DNA from: Octopus vulgaris
Lineage: Eukaryota
Assembly (NCBI GenBank): GCA_951406725.2
Contig: OX597823.1
Coordinates: forward strand, 63,860,001 to 63,924,000
DNA length: 64,000 bases
Direction of reading: 5' to 3'
The notes beneath the pieces are model-generated. The model made no database searches. It worked only from the letters and a program-made list of their open reading frames with translations, and had not been told where the DNA came from. This document shows, in pieces, positions 38,424 through 52,140 of this stretch (within the stretch, counting starts at the first letter, position 1; the number at the start of each line of letters is the position of its first letter). Made by a program: the position numbers and the translations under genes.

Positions 38424-38830
38424 CTCTTTACTCTTTTACTTGTTTCAGTCATTTGACTGCGGCCATGCTGGAGCACCGCCTTTAGTCGAAAAAATCAACC
38501 CCGGGACTTATTCTTTGTAAGCCCAGTACTTATTCTATCGGTCTCTTTTGCCGAACCGCTAAGTGACGGCGACGTAAACACACCAGCATTGGTTGTCAAG
38601 CAATGCTAGGGGGACAAACACAGACACACAAACATACACTCACACATATATATATATACATATATAAGACGGGCTTCTTTCAGTTTCCGTCTACCAAATC
38701 CACTCAAAAGGCTTTGGTCGGCCCGAGGCTATAGTAGAAGACACTTGCCCAAGATGCCACGCAGTGGGACTGAACCCGGAACCATGTGGTTGGTCAGCAA
38801 GCTAATTACCACACAGCCACTCCTACGCCT
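38424..38830 (-). mobile_element. CORE-type SINE copy, young and full length
   Basis: CpG-rich, full head to tail. Confidence 0.85.
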
Positions 38831-39364
38831 ATATATATATGTATATATACTAGCTTAAAACCCACATGCTGTGCAGACTTTTAAGCTAGCTCCTGCAGAT
38901 GGTTAATCGGACCTTCGGCCCCAAACTGAAGGAAGCAGTAATAATCTCAGATTTATATCAGAGTTTCACTTTTCGAGAATTTTGTATCACTGCTATATTC
39001 GGAGATCACTGTAAAGAACCAGGATGAGCAACATTCTTGGTTGACAGACAGAAAATGGAGAAAAACAGATTTTTTAATTATTTGCACTGGTTCCTGATAA
39101 ACTTTTATTTGTCCTATTGTTACCTGCACATCATTGCCTGGGAATAACACAGATAACATATACTGATAGTACATACGGATTTTTTATCCCTTAGTCAGTT
39201 ACTACAACTCTATAGGTACAGGAAACATATACGCCATTCTGCTTAAATAATGGAACTGCAAATACAATATCCTTATGTATCTTGTGTCTGTTTTCATTCC
39301 TCTACTTCACTCTGTATTTCATATCTTTTCTTTAATAACTATTACTTAAACATTTTCTCACACC

Positions 39365-39412
39365 GTTTCTGATGAAGGGATATATAAAATATCCCAGAAA
39401 CAGCTGTAAGAC
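39365..39412 (+). ncRNA. Type I hammerhead ribozyme-like motif (Penelope-type), one mismatch at the base of stem II
   Basis: gttt CTGATGA a-gggatat ataaa atatccc-a GAA ACAGCTGT A agac; canonical core, 7-bp stem II, palindromic stem III, GUA triplet. Confidence 0.65.
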
Positions 39413-39548
39413 CTCTTTATAAATGTTTTTAAATCTATTCATAGCCTTGGATTTTTTTATCGCATTCTGTTAACTTTATATATATATGAAATTTTGAGTT
39501 TAGTTCATGAACCCCCAGGGGTCTGCGGATCCCAGATTGGGAACCACT

Positions 39549-39568
39549 GATATATATATATGTATATA

Positions 39569-39636
<68 letters not shown>

Positions 39637-39796
39637 CATATATATACATATATATATATATATACATATATATACATATACATATACATATATATACATA
39701 CATATATACATATATATACATATATATATACATATACATATATACATATATATATACATATATATACATATACATATATATACATATACATATATC
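39549..39796. repeat. Compound (TA)n/(TACA)n microsatellite next to a hAT-like terminus (cagtggttcccaa, minus strand)
   Basis: Direct inspection. Confidence 0.9.
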
Positions 39797-40109
39797 TCAC
39801 AAATAAAAAGGGAATTATAAAATCTGAGCTATACATCTGTAGATGGTTTTATCTAAGAGAAGAAAACTATCTGTACCAAACAAAGCTTCAAGTCAAATAA
39901 ACTGGTCACAATAAAATACATTAATATTGGAATTTATGATATTACATTTACTTCTTTAATTACACCCATTCTAACCCTATATGGAACATACATTTCATGA
40001 ATATAAATGAATTCATATTACAGCATATTATTAACGTAAACTAGGTGCATTCTCTCAGAGAAAGTAATACAGTTTACACATGGAAGATTATGGTACATAC
40101 ACACATATT

Positions 40110-40515
40110 TCTCCTTTATTCTCTTTTACTTGTTTCAGTGATTTGACTGCGGCTATGCTGGAGAAGTGCCTTTAGTCGAGCAAATTGACCACAGGACTTA
40201 TTCTTTGGAAGCCAAGTACTTATTCTATTGGTCTCTTTTGCCGAACCGCTGAGTTATGGGGACGTAAACACACCACCGTCGGTTGTCAAGCAATGTTGGG
40301 GGGGGGGGGGACAAACACAGACACACAAACATATACACATACATACATACATATGACGGGCTTCTTTTAGTTTCCATCTACCAAATCCACTCACAAGGCT
40401 TTGGTCGGCCCAAGGCTACAGTAGAAGACACTTGCCCAAGGTGTCACGCAGTCGGAATGAACCCGGAACCATGTGGTTAGTAAGCAAGCTACTTAACACA
40501 GCTACTCATGCACCT
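40110..40515 (-). mobile_element. CORE-type SINE copy
   Basis: Same family as 38424-38830. Confidence 0.8.
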
Positions 40516-40597
40516 ATATAAACACACACATAAATACATATACATATATGCATACACACACAATATATAAATCATCTGCCCTATATCTAATAGAAAG

Positions 40598-40630
<33 letters not shown>

Positions 40631-41660
40631 GCTGAAATTTATAGAAAAACAAGACGAAGACAAGTCTATAAACAACAAACAAGTGTATTAGTTTGATATT
40701 TGAGAAAATGAAAAAGACTTTTACGTTTCAAACCTATATATACACACACCTAAAAAAGTGTGTGTGTGTGTATGTATTTCTATACAAGTTTGTTTGTTCT
40801 GATTTATTTCACAGGTGAAATTGTCAATGAAAGAATGGACATTGTGTCAGACAGAATGACAAATATTTTTTTTTTTTATCTTTACATTAATTAATTAATG
40901 TGGTTGTTTTATTTTATCTTTTAGACTTTTTTTTTTGTATTTGGGATGGTTTCAACAACAAAAAAAAAAGGAACAACAACAACAACAAACATGAACAAAT
41001 GTAAAAGACAACCACAACAACAACAACAGGCAGAGTCAAGTTCATATGTCTTTTAAGAAACTAATTTCTTTCTGCTTCCTTCTCCACCCCAAGAGAATTT
41101 CAAATTCTAAAAATGAAAACATAATTGATGACTTGACAGAAAATGTTGGAACAAAATTGTGTCTTATACACTCAGGTTAAATAACTTTATAAGACCATCT
41201 ATTATTATTATTATTATTATTATAAGCACTACAAACAAAATGTCTCACTGGAAAATGGGATTCTAGCAGCTGCTACTAGGCTAGCAAAGTTACTAACATT
41301 GTCGAATGACTTTCCTAATTCTTTAATGAAGTAGACGTGATTACTAGCCATGGAATAATGGACTTTTGAACAAAAGCTATGTAGCTTATTCAAAGTTTTT
41401 AAAACCAATTTCACCGGAATCTATAATCCATTGAACCAAAATGACATTCCGTGGCTTTATCATAAACTAGTTTTGTTTAGCCAGTCAGCTTTGCTGAAGG
41501 TTTTTGCTAGTGTTTGTAGGAATAACAATTATTATTATTATTACTATTATTATTTTATTGTCTTTGCACAGCTTCTAACGCTGGAGATGTACTATGGCGT
41601 CAGCTGTTCACTACCAGAGAACTAAGGTAACACCCCTTACTATTACTATTGTTGTTATTA

Positions 41661-42031
41661 TTACCTCTGCCTTAGTGAAGGCAGAGGTATTGTTTTCAGT
41701 CGTATTTATTTCTTTGTCCATGGACAAGATATTTCAAGAATCGCTGGATAGATTTGGATGAAACTTACAAGGATGTTTGGCCTCGTGACTAGTGTGAACT
41801 GATTAGATTTTGGGATTGATCTGGTACTGGACAAGGATTCTGGATTATTTATTTATTTTTTTTTTTTTACTTAATGTTTGAGAGTGGTCAGGTTCATTTT
41901 TAATATTCTTGTTTGTGAGAGCAGTTGAGTTTATTTCAAATATTCTCATTTTAAAAATCATCTCTTGCTAATTGTTGAGAGGGTGTTGGTGTTGCCTTGG
42001 CAGAGGTTTCCACTCTCTGAGTGCTCTTGTT
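41661..42031. mobile_element. Helentron-associated (HINE-like) element
   Basis: ttacctctgccttagtgaaggcagaggta hairpin ... ctctctgagtgctcttgt. Confidence 0.6.
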
Positions 42032-42816
42032 AATATTATTATCATTATAAAATGCTAAGCTGACAGAATTGTCAGAATGTTGGAAGAAATGTTTTACATC
42101 ATTTCTTCCAGTTCAAATTCCGCCAAAGTCAACTTTGCCTTTCATCTTTTGGGGTCGATAAATAAAGTATAGTTGAACACTGTACTTGTGTGCCTTTAGT
42201 GAACGCCACTCTGTCGCATGCATTTGGACAATGTATCTCACAGTCTAAAGAACTTGATTTCATGAAGTGTGGCTCTTGGCTATATCTACTTTAGTATTGA
42301 GTAGAGATGGAAGTGGTTCTTCAACATATGATGATTGCCAAACATAAAAGCCCAGTCACATGAATAACACCTCAGAAGAGTAACCTTATTTGTTCACAGT
42401 CCAGTGAACACTAAGGAACTAAAGCAGTAGTTAGCAGTAACAAGTCTTGGAGGGCCACCAAAGTTTGGAAGCAGTAACTTTAATCCAAAGAACATCAAGC
42501 AAAATGCTTTGTTACTGCAAGGTTACATCTCTATGCTCTAAGTTCAAATCACAACAAAGTCAATAAAGTAAGTAGCAGACACAGTACTGGAAAAGGGATT
42601 AATATAAGCAACTAAAACCTCGAAGTCAAAGCTGTAGCATGGGCATAGTTCAAGGACTGAAGAGAACAGAAGGAAGAATAAAAGAATGTGAGAATGAGAA
42701 AATGGATGTTAAACTGAAAGAAAAAAGGGCAAAACAAAGAAATTCATAAATAAATTATTTCATTGATTCTTTTTTTGTTTTTTTTACTGCTTCTTTGTAA
42801 AGCTCCAAATACTTAC

Positions 42817-42916
42817 GATTCTTCCAGTATTGCTTTCTATCCTGGAACTTCTGTTTTTTTGTTTTCTGTGGTAGGTTTTTCGAATTGTTCTCCATATTAA
42901 CAGGTCCTACATCAGC
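42817..42916 (-). CDS. SLX9: SLX9/FAM207A coding exon 2 (ADVGPVNMENNSKNLPQKTKKQKFQDRKQYWKN)
   Basis: Acceptor ttgtttgttgcag, donor C|gtaagt; 100 nt, phase 0 to 1; KK-K---R---W motif. Confidence 0.88.
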
Positions 42917-44938
42917 CTGCAACAAACAACAAATAGTGTTGGTGTAACTCACACATACACAGAAACCCAAATAGAATAGACATCTGGTTTCCCCCAACCC
43001 TGCCATCCATAAGATCTGACTGGTACTTTTTGTAAAGGAATAGACTAGAACAGTATAAAACAGAATCCACAATATATTGTCTAATCCAGGAATCAAACCC
43101 TCCATTTTAGGGTTATGAACCCAATACATTATACACTAGGCCACAAGCCTTCTATGCATTATATATATATATATATACACATAAATAAATAAAGGTGAAG
43201 GCTTGTGTGGTAAAAAGTTTGCTTCCCAACCATATGATTCCAGGTTCAGCTCCACTGCATGGTAGCTTGGATAAATGTCTTCTACAAGGGTCCTGGGCTG
43301 ACCAAAACCTTATGAGTGGTTTTGGGTAGATGTGCACACATACACATGCACACATACCCAACACACACATGCAAACGAACCCACACATACCTCCCATACA
43401 CACAGCACACACTCATGCATACATGCACACAATTATACATACATGTATACACAAATATGCACATACAAGCACACATACACAAAGTAAAGCAGTTATTTCC
43501 CCCACACACAACCCCTATGCATACACACATGAATACATACATACATACACACACTGCAAACAAAACACACACACTACATATACATACATGCACACACACA
43601 TACTTCAAACTACCAGGACCTTCCACTGACCATTCTCCTATGCATATGTGCAGGTAGACACACAACAGGAGCCACTCCTACTATCCATTCTTCCTATGAC
43701 CTTAAACGATACTAAGCCCAACCACACACACACACACACACACACAAGACCTGCGTGCACACACATACCTCCTTCTCTTGCACTCTCCTGTCTTTGAAAG
43801 AACTTTTTCTTCACCCATTCCCTTCAATATGTGACCGCATGTGTATCGTTGGTGATTTTTTTTCCTCCATCTTCCCTTCCTTGGATCTTTCCTTTTTCTA
43901 TGTTTTCTACATCTTTCTTCTTTCTTTCCTTTCCTGCGTGTCCAATAACACTATACTTGTTCCACGTCCTCGCGTTGTTGTGTTTTCTCTTGATGTTTTC
44001 ATGTTTGGGGAGTGGCTGTGTGGTAAGTAGCTTGTTTACCAGCCACATGGTTCCGGGTTCAGTCCCACTGCGTGGCACCTTAGGCAAGTGTCTTCTACTA
44101 TAGCCTCGGGCCAACCAAAGCCTAGGGATCGTGCATCACAGAAATGTCATGATGTACGGTGTAAAGGGGGAAGCAGATAAGGTTTATCCGTGGGAAGAAA
44201 AGCCTACGGAAAAGACCACAGTAACCTCGGTCAATATGGTTACATGTTACCACATTTGTTTGCAAGTGGGTACCCCTCTGTTTTCAATTTCTGGGTTCAT
44301 AGGATTATGCTCAAGGTGGCTTTGTCATTCATATGTGCCATCCTTGTTATATTCACCCATCTTTTTTTAAAACATTTGCTAGACAAAACTTGCCTCTCTA
44401 CTCTCACTTTCCTTTTCAAGTGATACTTGAAGTTGATGAGAGATTGACCAGAGAGGAAAGTGTTTGTCTCCAATCCTTTCAGAAGCAGACAGACAGACAG
44501 ACAGACAGATAGATAGATAGATAGATAGAGGTATGGTTGACTGGTCAAGCAGTTCACTTTACAATCATGAGGTGGAAGGTTCAACTCTTCTGCATAAAAC
44601 CACACAGAAGTGTTTTTGGATAAAAACTAAATAAATCTTTGTGAGTGAAAGAAACTAAGTAGATGGAAACTACATAGAAGCCTGTCAGCTTGTTCCAGTA
44701 AATTAAAAGGACCAGCCTTATCATATATGGAACCGCACTAATACTGCTTGAGGATTATGTTAGAGGTACAAACAAGAGTGCAAGGCCTAGTGAAATACTC
44801 ATCCACCTACAGGATAATTCAAGGTGGTTCCATCGTTTGAACATGCAGAATAGTCATTATCAAAACTGATATGAGATCCACTTACTTTTATATGTATATA
44901 CACGTGTATGAGCATACACACATAAAACATCTCTTTCT

Positions 44939-44982
<44 letters not shown>

Positions 44983-45125
44983 GCACACTGTGAAATACAA
45001 AGTAACAGTATAAAACTTCATTGTTCTTTTTTTTCCTTTCATTCCGTTATTTCCAACCTCGTACTGTAGTGGCTTTCTGAATCACAGTTAATTATTTCAC
45101 AATGATTCAATTAAACTAAACTACT

Positions 45126-45186
<61 letters not shown>

Positions 45187-45399
45187 TACACACACATTTA
45201 TGTATGTATACAGAGGAAAAGGTGGAGTACAGGATACAATACCCTACAAAATCAATTTATTATTGATTAATAAATGAGCTGCTTGTGTGAAATCTGCATC
45301 TCTTAACCTTTGTCACCAACAGTCTATTTCTCATCTCAAGTACCCCTTACCTCCCATGGTGTTTACTCTTGTCTTACACTGTCTCTCCTTACACTAAGT

Positions 45400-45990
45400 A
45401 TTTCAAAACCCTACACTGCATAACCCTATCACTCACAAAACACTATACTTAGTAATATCTCCCTCACTATCTACCCTTATTCCCTCCCTTCATCTCCCAC
45501 ACTGTCTGTCCCTATTTCCTACATTATCTACCCACCATAATTTCCCATGCTATCTACCCTGTCTCCTACAATATATCTCATTCCCACATTACCTACCTGT
45601 CTCTATCCCCTACATTATCCACCCACAGTTTACCTCCATTTCCCATGCTATCTACCCTGTCTACAAGACTATCAACCCATATCTCTCCTCCTCTCTCCCA
45701 GACTATCTACTCCTACTCCATCTATGCTATCTTCCCCTCTTCCATCTCCCGTGCAATCTGCTCCTATCTCCCACATTATCTACCCCTATTTCTCATGCTA
45801 TTTACCCTGTCTCTCTCACTATCTACACTTATCTCCACTCCTCTCTCCTAAGCCATTTACCCCCTATCCCATCTCCAATGCTATCCATCCATATCTCCCA
45901 TAGTATCTATCCCTCTCTCCCACAATATCTACCCCATCTGTTTTCCACTCTCCCTTACTATCTACGACAACTTTCCATACAATATAACCC
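45400..45990. repeat. Pyrimidine-rich degenerate low-complexity repeat (ctatctaccc motifs)
   Basis: Recurrent tatctaccc / tttcccatgctatctaccctgtct. Confidence 0.65.
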
Positions 45991-46879
45991 TATGTGGTTT
46001 GCCTTCTACAGCTTCGGTTATTTCTGTTATTTTTTTTTTTACTTGTCATTCCAATGTCATATTTGAAATTTCACTTTAAAATATTACAGAAATGTTACTT
46101 TTCTATATTTTTTTTTACTCTCTCCTCTTCTTCCTTCTCTGAAGACTTTCATCTACTTTGAAGTGCAGATTCTTCAATACAATACAATTAATGTGATGTG
46201 AATCGAGTTCATAACAGGGACACATTGTAATGTATATGAAATTTACTTCAACTTTTACTTGTATGTATCAGCTATAATTAACAAAGCAGAAGTTTGTAAA
46301 TGACACACAGACATAGGAACACATATGTGCAGAAATATGGAAATATATATCTATGTATGAAAAGGGTATGCACCCACATATGCAGATTCATACATATAGA
46401 CACACACTCACACATGCTTACACATACATATTTATACACATTTATAAATAATTGTACATATACATAAATACCTATACACACACACACATATATATATATA
46501 AGCATTTATCCATGTATGTATGTATATCCACTAACGTTATCTTTATTCACACTGATGTCTTTTTAGACACAAAGACAACAAACAGGGCAGGCGGTCCTGA
46601 CAGGCACCATAATTTAGAATGGATTTCATTATGGGAAGAGAAAAAATCTATATGGTTAACGAATCAGCTAGAAATAGTAGCCAAGTCCCCAGCCTAAAGT
46701 CACACCAAACCATCTTAAAATAAAGGCCAGTCTTAGCTAGATACTCTCAAAAGGACAGGATGGACACAGCTGGAATAATTTGATCATAGATATATGTTGG
46801 CTATGCTTAATGTGGGGTTAAAACAATGACATGTTTTTATGGTGAATGTAAGTATAATACCATTTAACCTTGAAACAGA

Positions 46880-47232
46880 AAGGGTAAAAGGAAAAGATTC
46901 CCTTTGGTCATGAATGACCATAGGATTGCACCTAGAAAATTCACCTCCAAGGTACAAGTCTGGGCAAGGTTGTTTATGGAAATGAAGACCAGCAGTTACC
47001 CATGCATACCAGCCTCCCTTCTCCATGCCACTGATGTTATCCAAGGGAAAGGCAAAGGCCAATACAACTTGGTACCAGTGGCGTTGCAACTCATTTCTTT
47101 AGCTGAGTAAACTGGAGCAACATGAAATAAAGTGCCTTGCTCAAGAACACAACACACAGCTCGGTATGGGAATCAAACTCACCACCTCATGATTGTGAAC
47201 GCAACATTAACCATTGAGCCATGCACCTTCAC
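46880..47232 (-). mobile_element. tRNA-derived SINE (second family; other copies at about 830-1030, 11965-12270, 18835-19140)
   Basis: Shared body gattgcacctagaaa...gaagaccagcag...ttgctcaagaacac and tRNA-like head gtgaaggtgcatggctca..ggtt. Confidence 0.75.
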
Positions 47233-47693
47233 CGTGATACATACATGTTGAAAATTTCGTCATCATCATTAACGTCTGTTTTCCATTCTGGAATGGGCAG
47301 GACAATTTGACAGGAACTGGCAAATCAGAAGACTACACTAAGCTCTGCTGTCCGTTTTGGCATGATTTCTCTGGATGGATGCCCTTCCTAATGCCAACCA
47401 CTCAACAGAGTGTACCAACTGCTTTTTACATGGCAGCAGCAGTAGTCAGATCACCAAGTAACTTGCAAGACAAGATCCCCTCAACAGGGGGAAGCAGTAC
47501 AGAGGGACAGAAAATGTGCCTTGGATTTTACTTTGCTGGGTGGGCCTTGAATCAGTGTTCCAGTTGTTTGATTAACTGAACAATATTTTCATTGAATTAT
47601 GTAAGTGGCTGGCTGAGTATTCCACAGTTACTCCCCAACTTCTCACCATTTAACATAATCCTGAAACCAGTGAGATCATCATCTTATATATAA

Positions 47694-48180
47694 CTAGCAG
47701 TATCGCCCGGCGTTGCTCAGGTTTGTAAGGGAAATAACTATATAAGCATTTTTAGAGAGTTACTTCCCTTATAGATGCCAATTCGGGCTTTCTTAGCCAT
47801 TTCTGTTTTGGTGTCTTCAAGCCATGAAGTCGTTGTTCTAAAAGAACGCTGGTCTCCTTGACAACGCTTTACGACATTGATTTCCTTACACTCCCTTCCC
47901 CACAGCTTCACGACAGGTGCAGGCGTGACCGTGGACGCCAACTCCGCCGCCATCGACACACGAAAAATTATGCATTAAAATGGAATAAAAAATGATGTTA
48001 AATTATTTTTGAAATCGTAGACTCATCGTAGACGCGCACTAATACTCAGACGGGCTCGATATGAATCACAACTATAAGATACCCGAATTTGGTTAAACTG
48101 CACCGCAAAATGTGGGAGTAGTTAGGAATCTAAATCGAAGGGGACAGACACTCACACAACTACAGTTTTATATATATAGA
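47694..48180 (-). mobile_element. Non-autonomous Helitron
   Basis: Minus strand A|TCtatatatataaaac ... cctgagcaacgccggg hairpin ... CTAG|T. Confidence 0.75.
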
Positions 48181-48480
48181 TAAACATATTCTTTTGAATT
48201 ATAGTTGAAGTCTATCTGATGAGACTTCACACAAGTTTCTGTTTATCCATTTTTATTCTCAAGGATTTGATCAATCCAAAGCTATAGTAGATGACACATA
48301 TCCTGGATAAGGTGCTAGCCTTTCAAGGCCCACATTCCCAGATGAAGAGATACTTCATCTGCAGTATATAGGTTGTTGAACTGAAGTAATTGAAAAACAA
48401 GTGTTCTTCCCTATTAAAGAATCACAGCAAAAATCCTGTAGCCTTAAAGCCGGTCACTTACTGGACCATTTCACATTCTG

Positions 48481-48840
48481 TCATCATCATCATCATCGTT
48501 TAGCGTCCGTTTTCCATGCTAGCATGGGTTGGACGGTTCTACTGGGGTCTGTGAAGCCAGAAGGCTTCATCAGGCCCAGTCAAATCTGGCAGTGTTTCTA
48601 CGGCTGGATGCCCTTCCTAACGCCAACCACCCCGTGAGTGTAGTGGGTGCTTTTTACGTGCCACCCGCACAGGTGCCAGACAGAGCTGGCAAACGGCCAC
48701 GAACGGATGGTGCTTTTTATGTGCCACCGGCACGAGGGCCAGGCGAGGCTGGCAACGGACACGAAACGGGGCGGTGCTGGCAACGGTCGCGAAACGGAAG
48801 GTTCTCTTACATGCCACCGGCACTGGTAACACATCTGCAA
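48481..48840 (-). mobile_element. (GAT)n-tailed SINE copy
   Basis: Same diagnostic blocks as 32262-32500. Confidence 0.75.
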
Positions 48841-50814
48841 TTTCCAAATAATAACAAGGCGAGGCTAAACACTACTGAGTAGGACATGTTGGCACAAGAT
48901 ACACTGATCCTGCTAATAAAGTGAACTGAGGGGCATAGAAAAATCTAGCCTGCTCTGTCAAGAAACAACTGCAAGGAATGTGAACTCTCAATATTGGAGT
49001 TGGTAATCTATATCTTCTCTACATAATGTGGCAACAAGCTGGCAGAATCATTAGGACACTGGGCAAGATGCTTAGCAGAATTTCATTTGTCTTTACATTC
49101 TGAGTTCAAATTATGCCAAGGTTGACTGTCTTTCATCAACCGCAAAAGACTGTCTTTTGGGGTTGATAAATTACCAGTTGAAAACTGGGGTCCATGTAAT
49201 CGACTTATCCCCTCCCCTGAAATTGCTGGTTTTGTGTCAAACACTTGGAACCAATATCATCTCATCCACATGGACATTTCATTACTAGACTGATAATCTT
49301 TAGGGTACCATCAATGTAACAGTGCCTACTGATCCACCATGTATTTTCTTTGACTGTGGATCCGCTCAGCTCATCTTGGGTAGATGTCAGTGCAAGTCCT
49401 AGTAAGAAATAAGAGAAGTATATCAGAGAAAAACGTAACCTCTGTGCCTTACGGAGGTGACGACAAGTGACTGAAGCCTTAGCAGTTCGCCCAAAGAGAC
49501 CGATAGAATAAGTACTAGGCTTACAAAGAATAAGTCCTGGAGTCGATTTGCTTAACTAAAAGGCAGTGCTCCAGCATGGTCACAGTCAAATGACTGAAAC
49601 AAGTAAAAGAGAGATATGGTGAAATCAAAGTATATGATTGTAATGGAGATTGCTTGTATGTCAAGGTAGAAAGTCTGTTAAAATGCAAGCAGAGACAGCT
49701 TTTGAGCATGTGTATGACAATCATGTCAACAAATGTAGAACATGTTAGATTATAAAATAATAGATGTTATAAAAAGAACAGAGAAAGTAAAACATTAACA
49801 TTTACACCATAATGAGGACTACTTTGGAAAAACTGTTCATGTTACATTAGAGATAACTTAGAGTTATAATTTTAAATATAATTTTAGAATTATGGCAAAT
49901 AAATGTAAAATTTTAGAGACATTGTGCCTCTACATAACATTTTCATGTCTATATTTCTCTATACAAGTTTAAGGTTGATGCAGTTAGAGCAATAGTATTT
50001 ACAGTTTGATACCTTTGCGACAAAAAACTTGCTCAACCTTAGAAGAGTGAAAACTATTTTTGTTGTAGTGATTCAGCCTGAGGCTAAAATTGTTTTTTTT
50101 TTTAATTGTTTAGTCAAAGGTGGAAGGATAGTGGGCATAACCCTTTGCAAGGCCCCCCGAGGAAGCTACTCTCAGACTGCAGTTTTGGCCTAAATGCTTG
50201 CAACAGAAAGTGGAAGACAAAGTGCAAGTGTTTGTGATGACAAATTCCTTTCCTTTTATTTTTTGATGGGTGGGGAGGGAGACCCCTTACAGGTCTTCCA
50301 AGACTGGTAGAGGGAAGGAGTAGTTAAGGCTCAAGCGCTTACAACAGAGTGAGTTCTGCTAAAGGAAATCAAAGTGCAGATGGTGGTATTAAACCAAGTA
50401 ATGGATTAAGTCTCCCCTCCATCACTCTTCTAACTATGGAATTATTCAGCCACTTTAAATACAGATCTGCATATATATATTTCAAACACATTTGTTCCAC
50501 CAACCATCCCTGCCTCCATGGAACCCATTCCTTTTGACATCTATCCTTCATTCTTAATATCACCCTTTCTCACTATATTTCCCACCAATCACCCTTTCTC
50601 TGCCACCAATTATCTCTTGCGTTCCACTGAACTACATCTTATGACTTTCCCTTCAAACCCTCTCATATTTGCCGTCATTCTTAACAACTTCTCATATCTG
50701 TCATAAATGGCACAACTGCTCCTCGCTACACTAACTTTACACTCACTACATCCATGCCATGTACCTCTGACCTTCATTTCTATTTGTCTCACTCCCCACC
50801 ACATCGCTTTCGCC

Positions 50815-51015
50815 AACCCTGAAGGGGAGCTGGGGCAACTGCTTCGTAGATGTCTACGGCTTTCGTCGCGGGAATGGGGAGTGGTTGGAGATCACGCAGT
50901 CGTTAGCCTCAAATCGCCAGGCCTGGTTGGCGTTTGTGAGAGATGCAGCATTGAAGATGAATGAAGCCAGCTCAACCCACCCCAGGTGAATGCTGTTTCA
51001 AGACAAAAAAGACAA
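50815..51015 (+). mobile_element. RTE-clade LINE 3' end (related remnant at about 10585-10690)
   Basis: VYGFRRGNGEWLEITQSLASNRQAWLAFVRDA...ASSTHPR*. Confidence 0.7.
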
Positions 51016-51106
51016 GTCTCACTCCCCCATACATGCACACTCATCCCTTACCCACCCAACAAGCTGTCTCCCTATTTCTCACACCTATCTACACTTTTAT
51101 CAATCA

Positions 51107-51433
51107 CTAGCAGCATAGCCCAGCGTTGCCCGGGTATGTAAGAACCCCTAGTAGGCAACGACTTGCGGCTGCAGCTGCGATTAGCAGAAGTATGCTAAGG
51201 TTATGTTGTCTGGTCATGTTTTCTCTCGTTGACTGCTTGAAGTGGCGGAATTTATAATTTTTTTTCAGAACTGGGGGAACTTTTAAAAATTTTCGCTCCG
51301 TTAGTTTTGAATTATGACATTGGGCTATGTGTGTGTCAAGTTTCATCAGAATCGGTTGAAAGCCGTGGTCAGGGTGAGGGTACAACCTGACAGGCACACA
51401 GACAGACAACCTGCCTTTTATATATAGAGAAGA
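51107..51433 (-). mobile_element. Non-autonomous Helitron
   Basis: A|TCttctctatatataaaagg ... cccgggcaacgctggg hairpin ... CTAG|T. Confidence 0.75.
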
Positions 51434-51559
51434 TACTGTGGCTCTGACTACCACTTATTTCCTCATTCCTGATCCATTCCTCTTCCTTTCACCACATTGC
51501 ATTTTGGTTGTGTTTATTTACATTCCAGATCCCTCCTCAACATGACTCCAGATCACCCA

Positions 51560-52140
51560 GTACGAAGAGACTTCACACCCTGGAAGGTTGCAAGTTTATT
51601 GCAAACTTACAACTGATGGCTTTCCATTCTCAAAGGATTTTTTCTTTATTTTAATAAAGTAATTGTTCACTAATCACTCAAAGTTTAAGTACAAGTAACA
51701 TGCCTGTTAGTGTTTCTTGTCAACATTTCCCCACAGACTTCAGATAATCTAACATAAAATTGCAGCTGGCGCTTTGTGAATTTATTATTCACTTTGCACT
51801 TAATAACAGTGTCTAGCTGTCCAATATTTTTTCTGAGTGTGCAGACATTAGTCTGGAGAAAACTAATCCATTTCAGTTGTTTCTTCTCACTGCAATTGAT
51901 TTTTGCTACTCCTAACTGTTGGGGAATGGTAATCACAGCACAATATAGCAGAATATTCACTGTCCAAAAGTTGAGATTTTCAATCTTCAACTAATTGTTC
52001 TTTAGCTATTTGGTCCATTGCAGATAACATTAGGTCAGCAGGTTTTCTCTCAATCTGTGTGGTTACAGTTCTCTTATGCGATTCTAAGACGGTTAAGTTT
52101 TGCTTGAATTTAGTTGTTTGTATTCTTCACACATTATTTC
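51560..52140 (-). mobile_element. Possible decayed N-terminal region of an R4/Dong-like LINE ORF
   Basis: VNILLYCAVITI...KWISFLQTNVCTLRKNIGQL resembles the recalled N-terminus of R4-clade ORFs; stops present. Confidence 0.4.

Noticed and set aside
39435-39836. Overlapping Y/I/M-rich ORFs
   Set aside because: Pure TA/TACA microsatellite. The same applies to the ORFs at 43152-43665 and 3725-4015.
40800-40870. Plus-strand acceptor-like site (atttatttcacag) antisense to SLX9
   Set aside because: Short frames with no recognisable homology and no matching upstream exon.
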